Shown here one piece after another: positions 1 to 8,178 of a stretch of 12,574 bases of DNA (its first letter is position 1; every line of letters begins with the position of its first letter). The translations under genes and the position numbers were made by a program. The DNA comes from Pseudothermotoga sp. (GTDB lineage: Bacteria > Thermotogota > Thermotogae > Thermotogales > DSM-5069), in the NCBI GenBank assembly GCA_041640575.1, contig JBEPZZ010000002.1, positions 1 through 12,574 on the forward strand, in the 5' to 3' direction. The notes beneath the pieces are model-generated. The model ran no database searches, was not told the origin of the DNA, and worked only from the letters and a program-made list of their open reading frames with translations.

Positions 1-816
1 CCTGTAAGTCAAAAAGAAATGTCCTACCTGATTCAACCATTGATTTTCCCATTCAATATTATTGAGATGCACTTTTTGCCTGCAACGATAATCGCCGGAC
101 TTGTCGCCGCAGGTTTTGGATATATAGTCGCGGCACCTTCTCTAAGACTGATAGGAGATTATCTTGCCATTGCAACTCTTGGTCTAGGTGAAGTAGTAAG
201 GATTGTCGCAAATAACGCTTGGTCCATAACAAATGGTGCACTGGGTTTAAAAGGCATACCTTCGTATACGAACATATATTGGACATGGGGATGGGCCTTT
301 ACAACAATTTTTGTAATTACAAGCTTAGTCAGAAGCAGTTATGGACGTGCTTTGAAAGCAATTAGGGAAGATCCAATCGCTGCCAAGGCGATGGGAATAA
401 ACACATTTTCACACCAAGTCATGAGTTTTGTCATTGGATCCTTCTTTGCTGGAATTGGCGGAGCGCTTTGGGCACATTTGATCACAACTATAGATCCGAA
501 ATCATTCGCCTTTACAAAGACTTTTGAAATACTTATCATGGTTGTACTTGGAGGACTGGGAAGTATAACTGGTTCAATTTTCGGAGCAATCATATATACG
601 GTGGGTTTGGAATATCTAAGAGTCTTGGAAAGCCCCTTAAAGGTGGGCAACTTGACTATTCCAGGTGTACCTGGCATGAGAATGCTAATACTTTCAGTGC
701 TTTTGATAACCATAATGCTTTTCTGGAGGCGTGGAATTTTTGGAAGAAGCGAATTGTCATGGGATACATTTGCAAGGCTTGTTCACAGGTTTAAACGAGG
801 TGAAAGCCATGAATGA
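1..816 (+). CDS. livM: Branched-chain amino acid ABC transporter permease (LivM type), 5'-truncated by the window edge
   Basis: The frame is open from base 1 (PVSQKE precedes the ORF-track Met at 19). The protein is hydrophobic with LivM motifs 'LRLIGDYLAIATLGLGE', 'SSYGRALKAIRED..AA.AMGI' and 'MVVLGGLGSITG'. It overlaps livG by 8 nt. Confidence 0.92.
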   Translation, partial: PVSQKEMSYLIQPLIFPFNIIEMHFLPATIIAGLVAAGFGYIVAAPSLRLIGDYLAIATLGLGEVVRIVANNAWSITNGALGLKGIPSYTNIYWTWGWAFTTIFVITSLVRSSYGRALKAIREDPIAAKAMGINTFSHQVMSFVIGSFFAGIGGALWAHLITTIDPKSFAFTKTFEILIMVVLGGLGSITGSIFGAIIYTVGLEYLRVLESPLKVGNLTIPGVPGMRMLILSVLLITIMLFWRRGIFGRSELSWDTFARLVHRFKRGESHE

Positions 817-1591
817 AATCGCACTGAAACTTGAATCTGTGACAAAAAGATTTGGAGGTTTAACTGCTGTTGACAACTTCTCCGGATATATCAAAAAAGG
901 TGAGTTGCTAGGACTAATAGGACCAAATGGTGCCGGTAAAACTACTCTGTTCAACTTAATAACAGGTTTGTATTACCCGGACTCGGGAACAGTGAAGTTT
1001 TATGATCGAGACATAACGAAAGCAAAGCCATTTGAGAGAGCCCGTCTTGGGATTGCGAGAACTTTTCAAAACATAAGATTATTCTCTGATCTCACGGTTT
1101 TAGAGAACGTTATGGTTGCGCAACATCACAAGTTAAGAACTTGGCTTTGGCTTTTCAAATCCATTGCAAAGCTACCTTCTGCTATCAAGATAGAAACTCA
1201 AATGCGTGAAGAGAGTCTGAAAATTTTGGAAATGGTTGGACTCAAACGTTTTGTTAACGAAAAAGCAAGCGCATTACCGTATGGATTACAAAGGAAACTT
1301 GAAATCGCTAGAGCGCTTGCCACCGGGCCAAAATTACTGCTACTTGATGAACCAGCAGCAGGTATGAACCCGCAGGAAACAGTAGAGCTGATGGGTTTCA
1401 TCAAGTGGGTACGTGAGGCTTTCGATGTAACTATTATTGTTATAGAGCACGATATGAAAGTAATCATGGGTATTTGCGAGCGAATATACGTTATGGATTA
1501 TGGGAAATTGATTGCAGAAGGAACTCCAGAGCAAATACAGCAAAATTCTTTAGTTCGTAAGGCTTACCTCGGCGAGGAGGTATTGTTGTGA
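809..1591 (+). CDS. livG: Branched-chain amino acid ABC transporter ATP-binding protein (LivG), 260 aa
   Basis: Start reassigned to ATG 809 (RBS GAGGTG at 797-802) rather than 731. Walker A GPNGAGKT, 'GIARTFQNIRLF', LivG-type signature LPYGLQR, Walker B LLLLDEPAAG, IEHDM, C-terminal AYLG. Confidence 0.95.
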   Translation: MNEIALKLESVTKRFGGLTAVDNFSGYIKKGELLGLIGPNGAGKTTLFNLITGLYYPDSGTVKFYDRDITKAKPFERARLGIARTFQNIRLFSDLTVLENVMVAQHHKLRTWLWLFKSIAKLPSAIKIETQMREESLKILEMVGLKRFVNEKASALPYGLQRKLEIARALATGPKLLLLDEPAAGMNPQETVELMGFIKWVREAFDVTIIVIEHDMKVIMGICERIYVMDYGKLIAEGTPEQIQQNSLVRKAYLGEEVLL

Positions 1592-2307
1592 GCGATTTGG
1601 TGCTGAGTATAGAAAACTTAAATGTTCACTATGGCAGTATACACGCAGTTAAGGGGATTTCTTTTGAGGTCAAGAAAGGTGAGATAGTCACTCTGATAGG
1701 TTCAAATGGTGCAGGCAAGAGCTCCACGTTAGGTGCAATAATGAATATAACCCCAAAGAGTGCAGGTAAAGTTGTCTTCAATGGAATTAACATAACAAAT
1801 CTTCCAACTCATGAGATAGTTAAACTAGGATTGACTCTTGTTCCCGAAGGAAGAAGAATCTTTCCAAATCTCACAGTCTTTGAAAACTTGCTAATGGGTT
1901 GCTATACAAGGAGAGACAGGACCGCAATAAAAGAAGACCTTGATTGGGTTTTGAAGCTATTTCCTAGATTGAAAGAAAGGCTGAAGCAACTTGGTGGTAC
2001 CTTGTCTGGTGGTGAACAGCAAATGCTAGCACTTGCACGTGGTTTGATGTCCAAACCAAAGGTACTGATGTTGGATGAACCCTCACTTGGTCTTGCGCCT
2101 CTTTTAGTTGTAGAAGTTTTTCAGGTTATTCAGCAAATAAGAAACGAGGGAGTCACAATACTTCTCGTTGAGCAAAACGCTTTGGCAGCTCTTAAGGTGT
2201 CTGACTATGGATATGTTCTTGAAACAGGAAAAATTACACTTCATGATAAAGGCCAAAACTTGATCAAAAATGAAGACGTTGCCAAAGCATATCTGGGAAT
2301 ATCTTAA
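1588..2307 (+). CDS. livF: Branched-chain amino acid ABC transporter ATP-binding protein (LivF)
   Basis: GTG start in a GTGA overlap with the livG stop, RBS GAGGAGG upstream. Motifs GSNGAGKS, VPEGRRIF, LSGGEQQMLA, LDEPSLGLAP, LVEQN, AYLG. Confidence 0.96.
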   Translation: MSDLVLSIENLNVHYGSIHAVKGISFEVKKGEIVTLIGSNGAGKSSTLGAIMNITPKSAGKVVFNGINITNLPTHEIVKLGLTLVPEGRRIFPNLTVFENLLMGCYTRRDRTAIKEDLDWVLKLFPRLKERLKQLGGTLSGGEQQMLALARGLMSKPKVLMLDEPSLGLAPLLVVEVFQVIQQIRNEGVTILLVEQNALAALKVSDYGYVLETGKITLHDKGQNLIKNEDVAKAYLGIS

Positions 2308-2333
2308 AAGTCTGCAAGAACTTCTTGTAACTT
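2308..2333. other. Imperfect inverted repeat right after livF (possible terminator/pause hairpin or operator)
   Basis: AAGT-C-TGCAAGA-ACT-TCTTGTA-ACTT, with a perfect core CAAGAA-C-TTCTTG. There is no strong U-tract. Confidence 0.35.
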
Positions 2334-2354
2334 AGAATTTTCGCCCTGAAAATC

Positions 2355-2363
2355 TGCTAAACT
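2355..2363 (+). promoter_or_regulatory. Candidate extended -10 promoter element for the degV unit
   Basis: TG-c-TAAACT about 35 nt upstream of the degV ATG, in a 90-bp intergenic gap. No good -35 element at 17 bp spacing. Confidence 0.3.
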
Positions 2364-2397
2364 CATAACTGAAAACGTGCAAAGGGGGTAGGATTTT

Positions 2398-3261
2398 ATG
2401 GGTAAGCTTAAGATAATCTTAGACAGTACGTCAGACGTTCCTAGAGATTGGATCCAGACATATGATCTAGCGATTGCACCATTACATGTTAATTGGCCGG
2501 ATGGAACTCAGGAAGATGATAGTCGAGATTTAAAAGAAATTGAAGACTTCTACAGAAGGATCAGCTCAGCAAAAGCTTTGCCTAAAAGTTCTCAGCCATC
2601 TGTAGGAGAATTTGTATCACTTTACCAAAAAATTCAGCAAGAAGGCTACGATGAGATCTTAGTGATATGCATATCTACAAAGCTCTCTGGAACCTACGAT
2701 TCTGCTTCAACAGCTGCGAAAGAAGTCAAGATCCCCGTTTATGTCATCGATAGTAAGCTTGCTTCTGAGGCCATGCCACCACTAGCCACAAGGGCTAGAG
2801 AACTTGAAAGGCAAGGATTGAAGACAGAACAAATTGTTAAGATTCTAAATGAAGAGATTGCAAGAGGAAAATACAGGGCAATATTTTACGTTTCGAATTT
2901 TGATTTTCTCGTGAAAGGTGGAAGAGTTTCAAGAATGCAAGGTTTCTTTGGGACACTTTTAAACATTCACGTCGGAATTTGGATAGACCAAGAGGGAAGA
3001 TTAATTCCGTTCGAAAAAGCAAGGGGTAGAAAAAGAGCACAAGAAATGCTGGTCAAGAAAGCTTTGGATTTGGTTAAAAAAGGAACAAAAATCAAACTAA
3101 TAATGGTGCATGCAAACGCCAGAGAAGATGCTGAAGAAATTTTGAAAGAGATGCAACAGCATTACGAAGTTGTAGATGCCACATTTACAGAGATGGGGAA
3201 AGTTATTACAACACATGTTGGACCTGGAACGGCAGGTTTTGCCTTGGAGGTTATAGAGTGA
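2398..3261 (+). CDS. DegV family fatty-acid-binding protein (FakB-like)
   Basis: 287 aa with DegV motifs 'IILDSTSD', 'PKSSQPS', 'ISTKLSGTYDSA', 'VIDS', 'LVKGGR' and 'THVGPG'. RBS GGGGG/AGGA upstream. Confidence 0.94.
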   Translation: MGKLKIILDSTSDVPRDWIQTYDLAIAPLHVNWPDGTQEDDSRDLKEIEDFYRRISSAKALPKSSQPSVGEFVSLYQKIQQEGYDEILVICISTKLSGTYDSASTAAKEVKIPVYVIDSKLASEAMPPLATRARELERQGLKTEQIVKILNEEIARGKYRAIFYVSNFDFLVKGGRVSRMQGFFGTLLNIHVGIWIDQEGRLIPFEKARGRKRAQEMLVKKALDLVKKGTKIKLIMVHANAREDAEEILKEMQQHYEVVDATFTEMGKVITTHVGPGTAGFALEVIE

Positions 3262-4244
3262 AACGACTGATCTTATATCTTGCACTCGTTGCTGTCAGTG
3301 CTTTTTTACTGATTTTTGCTTATATTCGCATTTCGATACCAACTATCTTGTTTTTGGATGATGCACAAAGCACTTTTTATGAAGGTGTACAACGCTATCT
3401 AAGGGACACAGGTTTTAAGTGCAAAATCGTTTCGATAAGAATTGATCGTGAATTGAACGAGATAGAGAATTCGCTAAAAAATTTTCGCCAAAGTTTTGCT
3501 TTAGGACCTAGAACAAGTTCGCAAGCACAAAAATTACTCCCGTTGATTGAAAAATATCAAATTTTCACTATCGCACCTCTTGTTACTTCGCCGGCTGTTC
3601 TTGGTCAAAGTCGTCACTTACTTAGCCTGAGTAGTTCTGACGAATTGCAGGCAAGTCATATTGCTTCGCTAGTCAAGGATTTGAGCAAAGTACTTGTAAT
3701 AACCGATGTTGACAATCCCATATACTGCGATACCTTTTACAATTTGCTCATACAATCTATTCCTGGGAAAGAAATTTCAAGAATAGTAGTTGACAAGGTA
3801 GATGATTTTCCAATTCCTACCGATTTGAAAAGTTATAGCGTAGTAGTTTTTGTTACCGAAGCTCGTAAAGCAGGTATGATTGCTCAAATGCTCCGTTTGA
3901 AGGGTTTTGAAGGAATCTTTATTGGTACCGACTATACCTATTCTGATATGTTGCCACAAGTTGGTTCTTCAGCTGTGGAAGGTATGTTCGTATACAACCT
4001 TTTCGATGAAGGCAGAATGCGCGAAAGAAATTTCGATGACATGTACGACGCGGGGGCTTACGATGCAATGCACATCATACGTCTTTTGATAACTGAGAAA
4101 GTTAGGACAGAATCTGCTCCAGAATGGCTAAGAGGGAAATCCTTTTCTGGAGCAAGTGGTGATTTCATGATAAATCAATACTTATGGGCCATGAGGAGGC
4201 CTTCTTTTGTTGTTGTAAAAAATGGCACTTTTGTTCCTTGGTAG
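3258..4244 (+). CDS. Membrane-anchored type I periplasmic (LivJ/ANF-like) substrate-binding protein
   Basis: GTG start in a GTGA overlap with degV, RBS GGAGG. N-terminal hydrophobic anchor without a lipobox Cys. PBP1-like motifs 'LGPRTSSQA', 'AYDA' and 'FSGASGDF'. Confidence 0.75.
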   Translation: MKRLILYLALVAVSAFLLIFAYIRISIPTILFLDDAQSTFYEGVQRYLRDTGFKCKIVSIRIDRELNEIENSLKNFRQSFALGPRTSSQAQKLLPLIEKYQIFTIAPLVTSPAVLGQSRHLLSLSSSDELQASHIASLVKDLSKVLVITDVDNPIYCDTFYNLLIQSIPGKEISRIVVDKVDDFPIPTDLKSYSVVVFVTEARKAGMIAQMLRLKGFEGIFIGTDYTYSDMLPQVGSSAVEGMFVYNLFDEGRMRERNFDDMYDAGAYDAMHIIRLLITEKVRTESAPEWLRGKSFSGASGDFMINQYLWAMRRPSFVVVKNGTFVPW

Positions 4245-4256
4245 AGGTGATAACTT

Positions 4257-5795
4257 TTGAAACTTTCGTCATCAACAAGAAATCTGTTTAGATATGGGCT
4301 TTTTTTGATCTTGACGCTTATAACAGTTTTCTCCATTGGCCTTTTTTTCATGTTGAGAAACACTCATCGGCTTTACGTTGATAGTTACCTTCGTCTTTTG
4401 GAAGATCATTATCGGAATATATTGGCGAGTGCTACATCTAATCGAATTTCAGATCCACAACTGATAGTTAAAGAACTTGATAAGCATTTTGTGGAAAAGC
4501 ATTCTAAGATAAACTTTTCAAACTTAATCACAGCAAAATCTTTTCCAGCACTTGTTGGAGGATTTTCTGGAATTTTTGCAAAAGGCAACAGTGCAAAATT
4601 TATTTTTGAGAAGCAAGACGGATACATTTATCTAGAACTTACGCAAGAATATATAAATGAACATAGTCACGGAAGAACAGCTACTGTTGTTTTGTTCAAT
4701 TCAGACAACGGGATCATAGTTCTATCTTCCGTACCGGAGTATGTTGGTAAGCATCTAAAAAAGCAAAAAGGGCTATTAACCATCAACGGTACGATTGGGT
4801 ATGTCGAGGTTACTAACACTTTGGTCCAAAATGCCAAGCTGGCTTTGTTTGTTCCGTTGACAACTTACCTTGTCGATCTTGCACCATATATTGCTATCTC
4901 AGTTGTTGGCTTGGTTGGTGCAGCAATTTGGCTTTCTAGAATGTCATGGTTTGAGCGTAAACTAATTGGTTCTATTACTTTGATCGTCGATGTAACTAAC
5001 AAAGCTGCTGCGGAAGCTTTGAAAGGCCGAGAAACGAATTTCACACCAATCAAAACGGAAATCGATGAACTGAACCAGTTACAAGAATCTATGGCTAACT
5101 TATTGGAGGTGGAGAAGGCCTCTCAAGCTGAGATCCACGGTATGATGGAAAGCTTACAGGATACGGTAAACGAACTAGAAGAAACAAAAAGAGTTCTTGA
5201 GGAACGAAATATTCAAATCATATCATCTCTTGCTGAAGCAATTGAGATAAAAGACATTGGTACCAGGGGTCATTCGGATCGAACGGTTACTCTAGCGTTG
5301 GAGCTTGCAAAGGAACTTGGTGTGACCGACCCGGTTGATATTGAGGCTATAAAGTTTGGAGCCCTGCTGCACGATGTTGGAAAAATAGGAATTCCGGAAC
5401 ATATTCTGAACAAGGCAGGAAGATTGACACCAGAGGAATTTCAGACAATGAAAATGCATCCAATCTATGGTGAAAAGATTGTCAAAAACATTTCTGGATG
5501 GGATTTGGTGGCCGATATTGTCAGACACCATCACGAAAACATAGATGGAAGTGGTTATCCTGACGGTTTAGCTGGCGATCAAATAAGCTTGAGAGCCCAA
5601 ATAGTGGCAATAGTAGATGTATTCACTGCTCTCATAGAAGACAGACCATACCGTAGAGCCCTGCCTATTAGTGAAGCTATCAAAATCATCGAGACAGAGA
5701 TGCTCAACAAAAAGTTTTCGCCGCAGGTTTACGAAGCTTTCAAAAGAGTTCTTCAGCGGTTGCTTAGAGAGGAAAACCTCAGTTTGCTTGAATAA
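4257..5795 (+). CDS. Transmembrane HD-GYP domain protein (putative cyclic-dinucleotide phosphodiesterase) with extracytoplasmic sensor region and coiled coil
   Basis: TTG start with RBS GAGGTGA at 4244-4250. Two TM segments (about aa 13-33 and 208-227) flank a region of about 170 aa, followed by a HAMP/coiled-coil-like linker. Catalytic motifs: GH(339)S, H372-D373 'LLHDVGKIGIP', 'HHHENIDGSGYP', 'DVFTAL', 'RPYR'. Confidence 0.93.
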   Translation: MKLSSSTRNLFRYGLFLILTLITVFSIGLFFMLRNTHRLYVDSYLRLLEDHYRNILASATSNRISDPQLIVKELDKHFVEKHSKINFSNLITAKSFPALVGGFSGIFAKGNSAKFIFEKQDGYIYLELTQEYINEHSHGRTATVVLFNSDNGIIVLSSVPEYVGKHLKKQKGLLTINGTIGYVEVTNTLVQNAKLALFVPLTTYLVDLAPYIAISVVGLVGAAIWLSRMSWFERKLIGSITLIVDVTNKAAAEALKGRETNFTPIKTEIDELNQLQESMANLLEVEKASQAEIHGMMESLQDTVNELEETKRVLEERNIQIISSLAEAIEIKDIGTRGHSDRTVTLALELAKELGVTDPVDIEAIKFGALLHDVGKIGIPEHILNKAGRLTPEEFQTMKMHPIYGEKIVKNISGWDLVADIVRHHHENIDGSGYPDGLAGDQISLRAQIVAIVDVFTALIEDRPYRRALPISEAIKIIETEMLNKKFSPQVYEAFKRVLQRLLREENLSLLE

Positions 5796-5872
5796 GAGCA
5801 AGCTGATTTCTGGCTGCTGTATATTTGCTATATTTCCCGTACACATTTATCTTTCTGAGCAGGAATGTTTAT

Positions 5873-5901
5873 TTAACAAAAGCAAGACTGTGTGTTATAA
5901 T
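5873..5901 (+). promoter_or_regulatory. Sigma70-type promoter of ssrA
   Basis: -35 TTAACA (5873-5878), 17-bp spacer, perfect -10 TATAAT (5896-5901) with extended TG at 5893-5894. It ends 10 nt before the mature tmRNA 5' end. Confidence 0.8.
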
Positions 5902-5911
5902 AAATTGCAAT

Positions 5912-6267
5912 GGGGGCGAACGGTTTCGACGGGTTTGGATCGCCCCAGGAAGCGAGTCGAGGTCTCCACCTCCTCGTAAAAAAGGTGGAACAACAAATAA
6001 GTGCCAACGAAGAACTTGCTCTTGCTGCTTAATTAGATAAGCAGCCGTCCCCTTCAAAGCTCGGCTGAGGCTTGAAGAGGGGCGTCAAAAAATCAGCCTA
6101 CACCGCTGGATTGGTCCTTTGTCCAACGGTGGAAAGTTCAAAAAGGACTCGGATTCACAAAGCCTGCTCGTGGGCGTTGTGAATCGACACTAAATCACGA
6201 GCTGCACTCGGAGATGCCTGGGGTTATCCAAATTCGGACGCGGGTTCGATTCCCGCCGCCTCCACCA
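5912..6267 (+). ncRNA. ssrA: tmRNA (transfer-messenger RNA), tag peptide (A)ANEELALAA
   Basis: Acceptor stem GGGGGCG / CGCCTCC (6257-6263) with a G3-U wobble and encoded ACCA end. T-arm GCGGG-TTCGATT-CCCGC (6240-6256). PK1 stems CGAGG/CCTCG and TCCACCT/AGGTGGA (5958-5989). Tag ORF 6003-6032 ends in ALAA-TAA within hairpin GCTGCTTA/TAAGCAGC. Length 356 nt. Confidence 0.98.
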
Positions 6268-6269
6268 AG

Positions 6270-7478
6270 TCATTCGTACCTGAGGGCTTCAACTGGGTTA
6301 AGTTTCGAGGCTCTTCGTGCCGGAAAGACTCCAAAGAATATCCCAACCGCAACCGAAACGGAAACAGCTATTAGAACGACCGTTGGAGTGACTACAGTTT
6401 TCAGAGAGCCTACTGCTGCAATCAACCTTGAGAGAAATATTCCAACAACAATACCAACTCCTCCAGCAGTTGTTGTCAAAGTTGCAGATTCAATGAGAAA
6501 CTGAAAAAGTATGTGCATATTGCTTGCACCAACAGCTTTCCTTATGCCGATTTCTCTAGTTCTCTCGGTCACTGAAACAAGCATTATGTTCATTATTCCT
6601 ATCCCACCAACAAGAAGCGATATTCCAGCTATACTTCCAAGCATGAATGCAAGCATTTGCATAGTTTGATTAAGAGTTTGAAGCATCGCTTCTTGACTGA
6701 CGATCCTGTATTTATTTTCATCTAAAAACTTCGCATACAGAACTGCGTCTATTTCTGAAACTGCTTGCTGCGCTAGTTGCTCGGATTTTGCTTGAGCTAT
6801 TATAGAAGAAATATATCTTCTTGCAAATAGTCTTTGATCTGCACTTGCAAAAGGAACTATGATTGATCTGTCTGGATTTAAGAACAAAAGGCTCCCACTT
6901 TTTTCAAGAACACCTATTACAACATAAGTTTGCCTAATCCTTTGCGAAGATATTCGTATCGTCTTTCCAACAGCATCTTCGTCCGGAAAAAGTGTACTGG
7001 CAATATCACTTCCAATAACAGCTACTCTTTTTGCCGAAAAATTGTCTTCATCTGTGAAGTATCTTCCATCAGCCAAATTGAGCCTCAGCATGTCGAAAAT
7101 CGAAGGTTCAACCGCTAGTACATTTGCTACTGTGTTCTGCCTCCCATACTGCACCGTGAAGTTTCCTTGTTGAACGGGTGTCACATAACTTAATGAGGGA
7201 CTCATCAAGGCTATTTCTTTTGCGTCATCTTTGGTCAACAAATCACTTAGAGCTATAGCTGCCTGACCAGCTCTTCCTCCCGCAAATCCTGGTGATATCA
7301 TGATCAAATTGGATCCTATAGCAGACAGATTCTCTCTAATACCCCGGCTTGTACCTTCAGTGACCGAAACAACAGCTATGACTGCCGCTACTCCTATCAC
7401 AATACCTAACATCGAAAGGAAAGATCTCAGTTTATTTGACAGAATCGATCTCAAAGCCTCTCTAAACATTTCTAACAT
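6270..7478 (-). CDS. MacB/FtsX-like ABC transporter permease
   Basis: Motifs 'NKLRSFLSMLGIVIGVAAVI', a large periplasmic domain, 'LLVGGIGIMNIMLVSVTERTREIGIRKAVGA' and 'PARRASKLNPVEALRYE'. RBS AGGTGAG. 17-nt overlap with the ATPase gene. Confidence 0.95.
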   Translation of the reverse strand: MLEMFREALRSILSNKLRSFLSMLGIVIGVAAVIAVVSVTEGTSRGIRENLSAIGSNLIMISPGFAGGRAGQAAIALSDLLTKDDAKEIALMSPSLSYVTPVQQGNFTVQYGRQNTVANVLAVEPSIFDMLRLNLADGRYFTDEDNFSAKRVAVIGSDIASTLFPDEDAVGKTIRISSQRIRQTYVVIGVLEKSGSLLFLNPDRSIIVPFASADQRLFARRYISSIIAQAKSEQLAQQAVSEIDAVLYAKFLDENKYRIVSQEAMLQTLNQTMQMLAFMLGSIAGISLLVGGIGIMNIMLVSVTERTREIGIRKAVGASNMHILFQFLIESATLTTTAGGVGIVVGIFLSRLIAAVGSLKTVVTPTVVLIAVSVSVAVGIFFGVFPARRASKLNPVEALRYE

Positions 7479-8163
7479 TGGTTCTCACCTCTTGCGAGAC
7501 TATCTTGCCATCTCGCATGTGAATAATTCTATGTCCAGCTTCTGCGATCTCAGGATCATGTGTAACTACTACTATCGTGTAACCGTTGTCACTAAGGTCA
7601 GAGAATATCCTTAATATTTCTTGGCCGCTTTTCGTATCGAGATTTCCCGTTGGTTCATCTGCGAGGATAACTAATGGATCATTTGCCAGCGCTCTTGCAA
7701 TCGCTACCCTTTGCATTTGTCCGCCTGAAAGTTGCGTCGGCCTGTGGTGAATTCTGTTCTGAAGGCCAACTAATTCAAGAAGATCTTTTGCTCTTTTTCT
7801 TCTCTGTTCCTTCGGTACACCGGCATAAACCATGGGAAGTTCAACATTTTCCAAAGCTGTCAACCTTGGCAAAAGGTTAAATTGTTGAAAGACAAAACCT
7901 ATCATTTTGTTTCTGATTTTTGCAAGCTGCCTATCATTTAATTTTGACACCTGAAGATTGTTTATACATATTTCTCCAGAATCTGGCTTGTCCAAACAAC
8001 CCATCAAATGCATCAAAGTGGATTTGCCACTGCCAGACGGGCCCATTATTACCAAATATTCGCCTTTTTCAACATTTAAGCTCACACCATCAACCGCTCT
8101 GACGACGTTTTCACCCATTCGGTAAATCTTTGAGACATTTTCGACTTTAATGATTGCAGGCAT
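7462..8163 (-). CDS. ABC transporter ATP-binding protein (MacB/LolD family)
   Basis: Walker [10 protein letters not shown], '[12 protein letters not shown]', [39 protein letters not shown]. Confidence 0.96.
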   Translation of the reverse strand: MPAIIKVENVSKIYRMGENVVRAVDGVSLNVEKGEYLVIMGPSGSGKSTLMHLMGCLDKPDSGEICINNLQVSKLNDRQLAKIRNKMIGFVFQQFNLLPRLTALENVELPMVYAGVPKEQRRKRAKDLLELVGLQNRIHHRPTQLSGGQMQRVAIARALANDPLVILADEPTGNLDTKSGQEILRIFSDLSDNGYTIVVVTHDPEIAEAGHRIIHMRDGKIVSQEVRTNVRNV

Positions 8164-8178
8164 AAAGAAGCCCCCAAT

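Noticed and set aside
731..808. N-terminal extension of LivG in the ORF track
   Set aside because: It lies inside livM. ATG 809 has a strong RBS and gives a normal LivG length.
1270..1300. Non-canonical ABC signature LPYGLQR
   Set aside because: This is the normal LivG-family variant, not a degenerate site.
5797..5826. Weak hairpin after the HD-GYP stop (AGC-A-AGCTG/TGGCT-GCT) as a terminator
   Set aside because: The stem has two G-U pairs and a bulge, and the U-tract is poor. Support is too weak to call.
59..5846. Short antisense or alternate-frame ORFs (60-124 aa) inside the + strand genes
   Set aside because: They are nested in well-supported genes and have no family motifs.
5671..6504. 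ORFs 5671-5979, 5825-6040, 5869-6057 and 6214-6504
   Set aside because: They overlap the HD-GYP end, the tmRNA or the permease antisense strand, with no recognisable motifs. They are shadow ORFs.
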